Shown piece after piece: positions 44,815-52,914 of a DNA stretch of 64,000 nt. A model generated the notes under the pieces. That model made no database searches, was not told the origin of the DNA, and saw only the letters and a program-made list of their open reading frames with translations. Source of the stretch: Candidatus Aenigmatarchaeota archaeon (lineage in GTDB: Archaea; Aenigmatarchaeota; Aenigmatarchaeia; Aenigmatarchaeales; JACQIB01); assembly GCA_043799675.1 (NCBI GenBank), contig JAZDNN010000024.1, forward strand, positions 7,418-71,417. The letters run 5' to 3'. How positions within the stretch are numbered: the first letter of the stretch is position 1; every line of letters begins with the position of its first letter. The position numbers and the translations under genes were made by a program.

Positions 44815-45201
44815 TTATTTCTTTTTTCCGGCGCGCAATATCCTGTAGACATCCTTGTCGACAAGGCACGGGCATTTGTCGCAGGTTTCGTTCCTGCACT
44901 TGTAGCCGACAATCTTTTCTTCCGATTTCACTATCTTGGGGTCTCTTGAATCCGGGAGCTCGGCCTCAAGGTCTTCAACCTCTGAAATGGAGTCTTCGTT
45001 CTCAGGCCTCCTTTCATACGTGAGCGTCATGGTGATGGACGCTTCGCGCACGGAAAGTATCGGAGAGGTCGTATCTTTAAAGTATTTTATCAGGGCCTTC
45101 TTGCCCAGATAAGCCGGCAACGCGCTGACAACCTCATTGTCGTCCCTTGAGTCGCCCGTCTTAAAACCGAAAACACACCTGCAGTCCTCGTATTCAGCCA
45201 T
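44815..45201 (-). CDS. hypothetical protein (128 aa)
   Basis: ATG at 45201 (MAEYEDC..). It has a C-terminal CRNETCDKCPC cluster. No family recognised. Confidence 0.4.
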   Translation of the reverse strand: MAEYEDCRCVFGFKTGDSRDDNEVVSALPAYLGKKALIKYFKDTTSPILSVREASITMTLTYERRPENEDSISEVEDLEAELPDSRDPKIVKSEEKIVGYKCRNETCDKCPCLVDKDVYRILRAGKKK

Positions 45202-45387
45202 ATTGTTGCCTGAAATCAGTTGCATGGAAAAGGATTTAAACGGGCATCATCCGCTTGCAGAAAACACCGCTTCCGTCGGAAATGATTCCTTCCTATTTCC
45301 GCTTGTGCTTCGCCTTGAGCTTACCCATGAACGTATTTCCGGCATTCAGCTCATTCGATGCATCATCGAAATCGTTTATCATCATGA

Positions 45388-45891
45388 TCACGAGCAGCTC
45401 AGCAGGGCCTGCAGCTTCTCGGCCGAGCTGAAAATGTTGTTGAGATTGACGCCCACGATGGGAATCTGGTAGCGCTTGCCGTGCATCGCCGTTTCCAGCT
45501 CCTCGATCAGGACCCCCTTGCCCGGAACGTTCCTTGTGCCGTTGGCGAGCTGATGGACCGCCCAGGTCGGGTTGAACTCGACCCCTAACACCCCAACTAT
45601 CTGGTATTTTGATTTCATGTAACTCTCAATCTGCCTGACAATATCGTCGGCGTGCTTCTTGCAGGTGCCCCTGTAGGCCTTGGTGTCGAGCGCCTCCTTC
45701 CCTTTCGACTTGCGGTCAAGGCCGAAGCACTCGAGCTCGGGATCAGGAAGCTGTATTATGCCTATTCCGGATTCCCCCAGCAGTTCAAGCAGTTCCTTGA
45801 CGGCACCCGGAGCGCGTTCGCAACCGGCGGCAGCCGCGTTCTGGTTCAGAAGCAAGTGCGAAACAAATATTACTTTTCTGCTCCTTTCCAT
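45388..45891 (-). CDS. hypothetical conserved protein (167 aa)
   Basis: ATG at 45891 (MERSRKVIFVSHLLLNQN..). Alpha/beta-like, with no family assigned confidently. Confidence 0.45.
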   Translation of the reverse strand: MERSRKVIFVSHLLLNQNAAAAGCERAPGAVKELLELLGESGIGIIQLPDPELECFGLDRKSKGKEALDTKAYRGTCKKHADDIVRQIESYMKSKYQIVGVLGVEFNPTWAVHQLANGTRNVPGKGVLIEELETAMHGKRYQIPIVGVNLNNIFSSAEKLQALLSCS

Positions 45892-46099
45892 GATCAAACC
45901 ACTCAATAGGGGGGTCCGTTTTGCAAAACCCCAGAACCGCCCTGACATATACTGTGGCCAACACGTATTTAAAGTTTACTCGGATTGTGTAGTGAACAGA
46001 ACAACCGTTCGGCAATGGTCGAAGCGATACGACGAGCTTTTATCCATTGTGACGGAACAACATAATCCGGATTGAAGCTGCCGAAAGAAGGAATGAAAA

Positions 46100-46963
46100 A
46101 TGCCAAAGGAAACGGATGAAGAACTGCTGGACGACATGACAGCGGCGGAAATAGACTTCATACGCTACAGCGAGATTGTGGACTGCCTGAAGGACGTGAA
46201 CGGACCGAGAGGTCCGCCGCTGAAGAACGCGAACGACATGTACACTTTCTTCATGCGATATGCGCGCGACCATACGGATGATCCTTACAACAAATTCTCA
46301 TGGTATCCCGAAAGGGACGGGCCGAACGGATACGTGCGCCGCCTGGATGATTCCATAGAGAAGGCGGAAAAGAGCGTGTTCGAAATAAGCGGTGACGGGG
46401 ACTTCGCAAAGAGCGATGAACGGATGGCGATGTACAAACGGAAAATAGCCGGCGAGGTCGTTTCGACGGTAAGGAAGGCGGAAGACGGCAGGGACGAAAC
46501 CGTACAGACGGAAAAGAAAGGGATACAGATGCGCTTCATGCTCGATGTCGAGGAGGGCTGGCTTAAATCGCTTGACAACTTCGAGCGGTTGGTGGAAGCC
46601 GGCGCGGAGATAAGAAATTTCATACCCGGCACGCCCTATGGAAAGTCCCATTTCGGCGTAATCGACGATAAAATGTTCTTCAGCATAACCAGGCAGCAGA
46701 CGCCGGAATCCACCATATCAAAGACCGTCGGGGAACCGCAGATGGAAAAAAGCATCAAGGAGAGCACCGGCGAGACCATACAGGAAATGAGATACGCCAT
46801 GTTCACAACCGAGCATCCTGTCGTCGTGAAGACGGCGAAAGGCGTGCTCAAACGCTGGTGGGCAAACGCCGAAGAGTACGAGCCTGCCGTGAAAAGACTC
46901 GGAGGTTTTCACGAGGAGCATTCGGTAATCAACGGCGCCAACGGCAACGGAAAGCGATATTAA
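46100..46963 (+). CDS. hypothetical protein (287 aa)
   Basis: Acidic N-terminus. The C-terminal part GKSHFGVIDDKMFFS vaguely resembles the PLD-like/TrmB C-terminal fold. Convergent with the TrmB-family gene. Confidence 0.45.
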   Translation: MPKETDEELLDDMTAAEIDFIRYSEIVDCLKDVNGPRGPPLKNANDMYTFFMRYARDHTDDPYNKFSWYPERDGPNGYVRRLDDSIEKAEKSVFEISGDGDFAKSDERMAMYKRKIAGEVVSTVRKAEDGRDETVQTEKKGIQMRFMLDVEEGWLKSLDNFERLVEAGAEIRNFIPGTPYGKSHFGVIDDKMFFSITRQQTPESTISKTVGEPQMEKSIKESTGETIQEMRYAMFTTEHPVVVKTAKGVLKRWWANAEEYEPAVKRLGGFHEEHSVINGANGNGKRY

Positions 46964-46973
46964 ATTCTGAAAA

Positions 46974-47801
46974 TCATTTCAGCTGCTTCCAGCAATTCTC
47001 GAAATTCTCGCGCAGGGCCGTAACAAGCGGCTGGCTATCGATGGTCATGAACTCGTAGCGGAACTCGGAATCGGTCCCGGGCTCGCCGGATGAGATTTCG
47101 GCCCCCTTCACCAACGGTATCTTGCTTATCACTATCGCCATGCAGCTGTCGGCGACATGCGCGCGGAGGTCGCCTGCATAGCCCGAGCGGACGGACAGGC
47201 CGAGCTGCTTCGCCTTCCGTATGTTCTCGGCTATCTTTTTGTTGCCTGTCGGGTCCTTCAAAATGACACGGACATGGATGCCCTTGCGGACCATGCTGCG
47301 AAGGACATCAGAGGACTCCCATATCCAGGACATGTCACCGGCGAAAATCGCGACGTCCTTCCTTGCGCACTTTTTTATCTCGTCAAGGAGCTTGCTGACG
47401 TTCGCCCTTTTCTGGGTCGACCAGATGTTCGAGCTGTCATCACCGACCACGAGCTCCGGCTCTATGTGCGAAAGGACCTCGGCGGCATCCTTCACGCGCG
47501 CCTTCATGGTCTCGAGCTGGGCGGTCAGATGCTTGTTTCTGGTCTCGGTGTAACGCTCAAGGGCGGTTGCAGCCGGGACGGCCTTGAACACCTTCGGCCT
47601 GGTCTTGCTGACCAGAACAAATCCTTTCCGCTGGAGCTCGGTTATGGTATCATAAACACGCGGAAGCGGGATGTGAGCCATCTCGCTTATCTTCTCGGCA
47701 GTAAGGGTGCCGTAACGCAAAAGAGACACGAACGCCTTCGCCTCGTACTCCGTGAGGCCTATCGACTTGAGCACCGCTTCCGGCTGTTCCATTTCCCCCA
47801 T
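46974..47801 (-). CDS. TrmB-family transcriptional regulator
   Basis: 275 aa. The N-terminal wHTH is LTEYEAKAFVSLLRYGTLTAEKISEMAHIPLPRVYDTITELQRKGFV, followed by a coiled coil and a TrmB C-terminal effector domain. Confidence 0.8.
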   Translation of the reverse strand: MGEMEQPEAVLKSIGLTEYEAKAFVSLLRYGTLTAEKISEMAHIPLPRVYDTITELQRKGFVLVSKTRPKVFKAVPAATALERYTETRNKHLTAQLETMKARVKDAAEVLSHIEPELVVGDDSSNIWSTQKRANVSKLLDEIKKCARKDVAIFAGDMSWIWESSDVLRSMVRKGIHVRVILKDPTGNKKIAENIRKAKQLGLSVRSGYAGDLRAHVADSCMAIVISKIPLVKGAEISSGEPGTDSEFRYEFMTIDSQPLVTALRENFENCWKQLK

Positions 47802-47921
47802 TAACCCACCATCAGTTTAATTCGCTGCGGCGTAATAGCTCCATAAAAGGTTATAAAGCTATTGGACTGGCGCAAGGCATTTCACGACCGGTCATTTAAG
47901 AGCCGGAAAACAAAGCTGCTC

Positions 47922-48353
47922 ATGCCGAAGTTCAGGTTCATTCCCGAGATAGCGATAGCTGATGTAGCCTTCGAAGCGGAAGGTAAGGACATCAATGAGC
48001 TGTTTGTGAACTGCGCCCTTGCAACCGAGGAATCCATGGTCAACACAAAGAAGGTGAAGCCGAAGGTCAGCAAGACCATAAAGCTGGAAGCGGATGCGCT
48101 GGACAGACTGATGATTGACTGGCTGAACGAGGTGATTTACTACAAGGACGCGGAGGGGCTGCTGTTTTGTGAATTCATCGTCAAGGTATTGCAAAAGGGA
48201 AAGAACTGGACGCTTGAAGCCACGGCAAAGGGCGAAAAGAGGGACCCGAAGAAGCACGAGCTCAGGGCGGATGTGAAGGCGGCGACTTGGCACCTTTTTG
48301 AACTGAAGCAGGAAAAGGGCAAGTGGAAAGCGAGGATTGTAGAGGATATCTGA
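47922..48353 (+). CDS. archease (RtcB activator)
   Basis: ATG at 47922 gives 143 aa. It has IADVAFEAEGKDINELF, KAATWHLFEL and the overall length typical of archease. It lies 1.9 kb upstream of rtcB. Confidence 0.75.
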   Translation: MPKFRFIPEIAIADVAFEAEGKDINELFVNCALATEESMVNTKKVKPKVSKTIKLEADALDRLMIDWLNEVIYYKDAEGLLFCEFIVKVLQKGKNWTLEATAKGEKRDPKKHELRADVKAATWHLFELKQEKGKWKARIVEDI

Positions 48354-48362
48354 TTACAACGC

Positions 48363-49196
48363 TTAGCTGCGTATTCCGCGGATTGTCCCTGTCGTGAACA
48401 CATTGTTGCCCTGGTCGACGTAATCTATCCGCACCGACACGCTGTACGGGTCCCCTGCGTTGCCGTTATTTCCCCGGCCGACATACCATGCGCTGTAATC
48501 GGGTTCCAGAGTTGGCGCGTTGATGTTGCTCAATAACGTTCCGTTCAGGGATACCAAGGCAATAGTTATAGCGTAATTGAAATGGGAATTCAGCAGGAGC
48601 ATCCTGAAAGTGCCGTTATGCGAGTAATCTGCATCGATCACGTCTATGCTGCCGAAATCGGATATCATCTTCGGCGTGCATGCCTGCGATTCCTGCGGTT
48701 TTGTATTATTCAGACCGCACGAAGCGGCATCAACACACGTACGCGTCTGCATCGCATTGGCGCCGCAAACCGACCACGCGCTGCACTGCCATACCGGGGC
48801 GCACGTGCATGCATCGCTTTCGGATGGCTTGCCTACGGTCGTCCCGCAGTGGTTCGAATCGCTGCACGTCCTTGTCTGGGTTCCCCCGACGCACAGGGAC
48901 CACGCACCGCAATACCAGTTCGGCGTACAATGGGTCACCTGCGCACAGCCGTTGGTTTCCTCCGGCCTGCCCGTGTTCGTACCGCAGGAGTTCTCATCAA
49001 CGCACGTCCTGGTCTGGACTCCGGAGACCGAGCATGCGCTCCATGCGCCGCACTGCCAGTCCGGCGTGCATACAGCTGGTGTCGGTTCGGGTTCAATCGG
49101 CCTTACAATAAACTGCATGACGAATACCAACGCAAGCGCGATGAGCATCAGGGACAATATCAGGATGACGGCGTTTTTGCTTCCGAATTTCAGCAC
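48363..49196 (-). CDS. membrane-anchored protein with three TSP1-like cysteine repeats (tandem paralog 1)
   Basis: 277 aa. An N-terminal TM anchor is followed by three copies of C-T-P-x-W-x-C-G-A-W-S-x-C-x3-G-x-Q-T-R-T-C-x-D-x-N-x-C-G-x5-P-x-E-x3-C and a beta-rich C-terminal domain. Confidence 0.6.
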   Translation of the reverse strand: MLKFGSKNAVILILSLMLIALALVFVMQFIVRPIEPEPTPAVCTPDWQCGAWSACSVSGVQTRTCVDENSCGTNTGRPEETNGCAQVTHCTPNWYCGAWSLCVGGTQTRTCSDSNHCGTTVGKPSESDACTCAPVWQCSAWSVCGANAMQTRTCVDAASCGLNNTKPQESQACTPKMISDFGSIDVIDADYSHNGTFRMLLLNSHFNYAITIALVSLNGTLLSNINAPTLEPDYSAWYVGRGNNGNAGDPYSVSVRIDYVDQGNNVFTTGTIRGIRS

Positions 49197-49260
49197 AACT
49201 GAAATGGTGATTATCGCTTAATAAAGAAAAATTTCGGCTTTGCTATCTGATTGCAGGCGC

Positions 49261-50127
49261 TTAGCTGCGCTCTCCGGAAACCGTTCCGGTAACTGAAAAC
49301 CCGTTACTGCCGCTATCCAAGTATGTCATCGTTACAGCGAGGGTATATGGATCTCCAACGTGGCCATTCACTCCCATGGTATTTGTGCCTGTCAGCCATA
49401 CCCTTTCCAGAGGGAATAAGTTCATGGGCACGTTCATGGATGGTATTTGTAAACCGTTGACGCTTACAGACGTAATGCTGATGGTATCGCCAACCCTGTC
49501 CTCCACCCACAATTTTAACGTACCATTTGCAGCGTAATCGACATCCAGCACACCTATGTTCGTGAAGCCGCTGATTGTCTTGGGAGTGCAGGTCTGTGAT
49601 TCCTGCGGTTTGCTTGTCGTTGTCCCGCAAGAATTCGTGTCAATGCATGTTCGCATCCGCGTTCCGCCGGCACCGCACGCGGACCATGCATCGCATTGCC
49701 AGTTAGGAGTACATGTACATGGTTGTGTTTCCAAAGGCCTGTCGCTAAACAGATTGCATCTGTTTGCATCCGTGCATACCCTGCTCTGATTTCCCGAATT
49801 ACTGCAATTGGTCCATGCACTGCACTGCCAGTCAGGCACGCAGGGTGGCGTGCAGAACTGGGTTTCAACAGGCTTGTTATAATTCACGCTGCAGGAATTC
49901 GCATCTATGCATGTCCTTGTCTGCGTTCCTGAAGCGGAGCATGCATTCCACGCCCCGCACTGCCAATCAGGCGTGCATACTGGGGGCATCAGAGGCCCAC
50001 TTGGCTTAATCAGGGATTGCACAATATACAACGATGCAAGCGCAACGATTATTACAGCCAGAACCAAGATAATGACGTTTTTCTTTTCGGATTTAGGCAC
50101 ACCTATTTTCTTTTCTGACTTAGGCAC
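49261..50127 (-). CDS. membrane-anchored protein with three TSP1-like cysteine repeats (tandem paralog 2)
   Basis: 288 aa with the same architecture as 48363..49196. The N-terminal PKSEKK is duplicated. Confidence 0.6.
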   Translation of the reverse strand: MPKSEKKIGVPKSEKKNVIILVLAVIIVALASLYIVQSLIKPSGPLMPPVCTPDWQCGAWNACSASGTQTRTCIDANSCSVNYNKPVETQFCTPPCVPDWQCSAWTNCSNSGNQSRVCTDANRCNLFSDRPLETQPCTCTPNWQCDAWSACGAGGTRMRTCIDTNSCGTTTSKPQESQTCTPKTISGFTNIGVLDVDYAANGTLKLWVEDRVGDTISITSVSVNGLQIPSMNVPMNLFPLERVWLTGTNTMGVNGHVGDPYTLAVTMTYLDSGSNGFSVTGTVSGERS

Positions 50128-50180
50128 ACCAAAAATGACTATTACCGCTTAATAAAGATGAATTTTGGCTTTGCTGCTTG

Positions 50181-50188
50181 ATTTATTA
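50181..50188 (+). promoter_or_regulatory. TATA-box-like element upstream of rtcB
   Basis: ATTTATTA lies 23-30 nt upstream of the rtcB ATG (50211), consistent with a leaderless or short-leader transcript. Confidence 0.3.
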
Positions 50189-50210
50189 GCGGCGCAAACG
50201 ATTAGCTGGC

Positions 50211-51795
50211 ATGGAGCAGGAACCTGAAAAGCAGACAGGCAGTCTGCCGAAGGAAATCAAGAAAATCAGCGAGGTCGTCTGGGAACTGCCCACCAGCTAC
50301 AAGAAAGGCATGCGCGTGCCGGCAAGAATATATGCGACCAAGAAGCTGCTCGATGCGATGGACGCGGGAGTGTTCGAGCAGGTCACCAACGTCGCGACCC
50401 TGCCGGGAATCGTCAAGCATGCGTTCTGTATGCCGGATGGGCACTGGGGTATGGGTCAAGTCGCGGCTTGATTCACTCAAATATGGGTTCCCAATCGGCG
50501 GCGTGGCTGCATTCGACCCGAAGGTCGGCGTGATCAGCCCGGGCGGCATCGGGTTCGACATCAACTGCGGCATGAGGTTCGTCACTACCAACCTTACTGT
50601 CAAGGACGTCAAACCCAAGCTGAAAGAACTGGTGGATATCCTGTTCAGGACGGTTCCCGCGGGCGTGGGCGGGGAAGGGTTTGTAAAATTAAGCCGCAGC
50701 CAATTCGACGAAATAATGGTCCAAGGGGCCAATTGGGTCATCGAGCACGGCTACGGTTGGAAAGAGGACACGGAAAGAATAGAGGAGTACGGCTGCATCA
50801 AAGGTGCTGATCCGTCAAAGGTCAGCGACAAGGCAAGGACCAGAGGCATCACGCAGATGGGGACGCTCGGCTCAGGGAACCATTACCTGGAAATCCAGAC
50901 TGCCGAGAAAATTTTCCTTCCCGAAGTCGCAGAGGCATTCGGCGTGAACGAACAGGGGCAGATAGGGGTGATGGTGCACTGCGGCTCGAGGGGGTTCGGC
51001 CACCAAATCGGAACGGATTATCTCAGGATATTCGACATGGCAATGAAGAAGTACAACATCACGGTGCCTGACAGGGAGCTTGCCTGTGCGCCTTTTGCGA
51101 GCCAGGAAGGACAGGATTATTATCACGCGATGGCCTGCGCGGCAAACATGGCTTTTGCCAACAGGCAGGTGATTTTGCACAGGATACGCGAGGCTTTTGC
51201 AAAGGTGTTCAGGAAATCCCCCGAAGACATGGAAATGCACCTGGTGTACGATGTCGCGCACAACGTGGCCAAGGTGGAGAAACACCTGGTCGACGGTCAT
51301 GAAAAGGAACTGGTGATGCACCGGAAGGGGAGCACGCGCTGCTTCGGTCCGGGTAGGCCGGAGATTCCTGAAGCTTACCGCAAGGTCGGCCAGCCGGTGA
51401 TTGTGGGCGGCAGCATGGAAACGGGCAGCTTTTTGTGCGTGGGCACGGACAAGGCTCTGACAGAAACATGGGGAAGCACCATGCACGGCGCGGGCAGAAC
51501 CATGAGCAGGACTTCAGCGAGGAACCAGGGCTCGGGCTTGGCGTTGCAGAAGAAGATGGCCAAGGAAGGGATACTGGTGGAAGCCACGAGCATGAGCGGG
51601 CTTGCAGAGGAAGCGGGCTTTGCCTACAAGGACCTGAACGAAGTGGTCGAGACCATGGAAATCGCGGGCGTGAGCAGGAAGGTCGTTCTGCTGAGGCCTT
51701 TGGGTAATATTAAAGGCACCGCCCGGGCCTCATACAGCCTTTTAGCTTTCCCCATACTTGTCATGGTCTTGGCCTTGATTTCGTCCCTTATCTGA
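50211..51795 (+). CDS. rtcB: RNA-splicing ligase RtcB, coding sequence interrupted by a 31-nt BHB intron (exon 1 50211..50450, exon 2 50482..51795)
   Basis: - Exon 1 (80 aa) ends ...LPGIVKHAFCMPDGHWG.
- Exon 2, in another frame, starts YGFPIGGVAAFD...GGIGFDINCGMR, and HCGSRGFGHQ and further motifs follow.
- Joining at 50450/50482 recreates the universal MPD.H.GYGF.IGG motif.
- Unspliced, the first frame stops at 50469-50471 after 86 aa.
- The C-terminus carries a hydrophobic extension of about 25 aa after the usual ...IKG end. Confidence 0.85.
50451..50481 (+). other. predicted bulge-helix-bulge (BHB) intron within the rtcB mRNA
   Basis: - Central helix: UGGG (50445-48) / CUCA (50476-79).
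- Bulges: GUA (50449-51) and AAU (50480-82), each 3 nt.
- Inner helix: 9 bp, UGGGUCAAG/CUUGAUUCA, with loop UCGCGG.
- Cleavage after the 2nd bulge nucleotide on each side removes exactly the 31 nt needed to restore the frame. Confidence 0.75.
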
Positions 51796-52859
51796 ACGAT
51801 AAGCGGTTCGACCTGTTTCCACCTCGTGATGTTCTTGCCGATTATTTCGAGAATCAATTCCTTTTTGGCCGTTTTCTCGGGATGCCTCAACGGCAGCAAT
51901 TCGAGCATCCGACGGACATCGGCCTTCCTGAAGATTTCTAAGGCGAAATAATCCTTGCTGTATCTTATACTGACCCCATGAGTGTCTCTGCCGTCCCCGC
52001 GCCTGAAAATCCTGTATAGAATTGGATTAAAGCCCTGTTCCCTTAGTTGCCGTTTTATCCTACCAAGCAAGGTTTTATTTTCGGTGCCTATCCGCATACA
52101 ACACTGCAAATTTTCCCTGATTTTCTTGACCAGAAGCGACCCTTCCGCATCGAAGTAGCCGGCCAGGAACGACAGGAAAACATTCCGTTCGGATTCGACC
52201 AACTCTGAAATCAATCGTTTCCTGTTTTCCAGCAAGAGGAAGTCGAAGCTGTTGTCGAGGTCTGCGGATGTCGTCCACATGTAATTTCCAAAAGTTCTGT
52301 TCTTCGCAGGATATGTCCTTACCTTCGCATATCCTTTGAACAGGCTCTCGAAGACATCCAGGAATCCTTCATGAGTCGTGTTGGTTATGGCCCGAATGGT
52401 ATGCTTCGATCTTCTGAAGGCTGTCACATCACCCTCCACGAAACCAACCATGTAAGCCTTTTCTTCATCCTTTCCATCAAAACTTTGCCGTTCATGTTTC
52501 CTGTTTGTCAGCAGGATAGCCTCATCGTTTCCACGCACCCGAAAGCCGTTTTCTTCCAGCACCTTATGCAACGTGCCTTTGGAAGAACCAAATTTCTTGG
52601 CCAGCTTTTTCAACGATATTTTCTCCGTGTCATAAAGTCTCAGAATTTCCGTCACAGGCAGGTGTTTCCTGTGAGACAACGAATGTGCCTGACTGAGATT
52701 CCTTATCGGTATGTCAAGTTTGATGAACCGTTTTCTTACGGCCGACCACGATATATCGTCTCCGAGCTTAACACTCAATATCGCCGCCACTTCTTTGAAC
52801 GTCTTACCGGACGAATAGAGACTCTCGGCTTCCTTCAGGAGTTCGCTGTTCAGCTTCAT
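51624..52859 (-). CDS. LAGLIDADG endonuclease-like protein with N-terminal HTH domains
   Basis: 411 aa. There are two N-terminal HTH-like segments (GKTFKEVAAIL and ISLKKLAKKFGSSKGTLHKVL), then LAGLIDADG motifs (YMVGFVEGDVT and FLSFLAGYFDAEGS). It lies directly downstream of the DGR RT. Its last 172 nt overlap the 3' end of rtcB on the opposite strand. Confidence 0.65.
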   Translation of the reverse strand: MKLNSELLKEAESLYSSGKTFKEVAAILSVKLGDDISWSAVRKRFIKLDIPIRNLSQAHSLSHRKHLPVTEILRLYDTEKISLKKLAKKFGSSKGTLHKVLEENGFRVRGNDEAILLTNRKHERQSFDGKDEEKAYMVGFVEGDVTAFRRSKHTIRAITNTTHEGFLDVFESLFKGYAKVRTYPAKNRTFGNYMWTTSADLDNSFDFLLLENRKRLISELVESERNVFLSFLAGYFDAEGSLLVKKIRENLQCCMRIGTENKTLLGRIKRQLREQGFNPILYRIFRRGDGRDTHGVSIRYSKDYFALEIFRKADVRRMLELLPLRHPEKTAKKELILEIIGKNITRWKQVEPLIVQIRDEIKAKTMTSMGKAKRLYEARAVPLILPKGLSRTTFLLTPAISMVSTTSFRSL

Positions 52860-52914
52860 GGTCGTCTATTATATCCCGTTAGGCACTATAAATTGATATA
52901 TATTCTCGAGCACA

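Noticed and set aside
50332-50481. The track start at 50332 for an independent 487-aa RtcB ORF, and the 86-aa ORF 50211..50471 as a separate small gene
   Set aside because: The 50332-50481 part (MRPRSCSMRWTRECSS...) is out-of-frame read-through of exon 1 and the intron. The 86-aa ORF is the genuine RtcB N-terminus plus 6 intron-encoded codons. Both are explained by one spliced gene.
50445-50490. rtcB as a frameshifted pseudogene, a target-site-duplication insertion, or a translational bypass (gene-60-like hop)
   Set aside because: - Precise loss of the insert plus one TATGGGT repeat (32 nt) does not restore the frame. Only a 31-nt removal does, and it coincides exactly with BHB-predicted cleavage sites.
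- The take-off and landing codons for a hop do not match (GGU against GGG), and a hop would delete or alter the conserved Tyr.
- Pseudogene status cannot be fully excluded without expression data.
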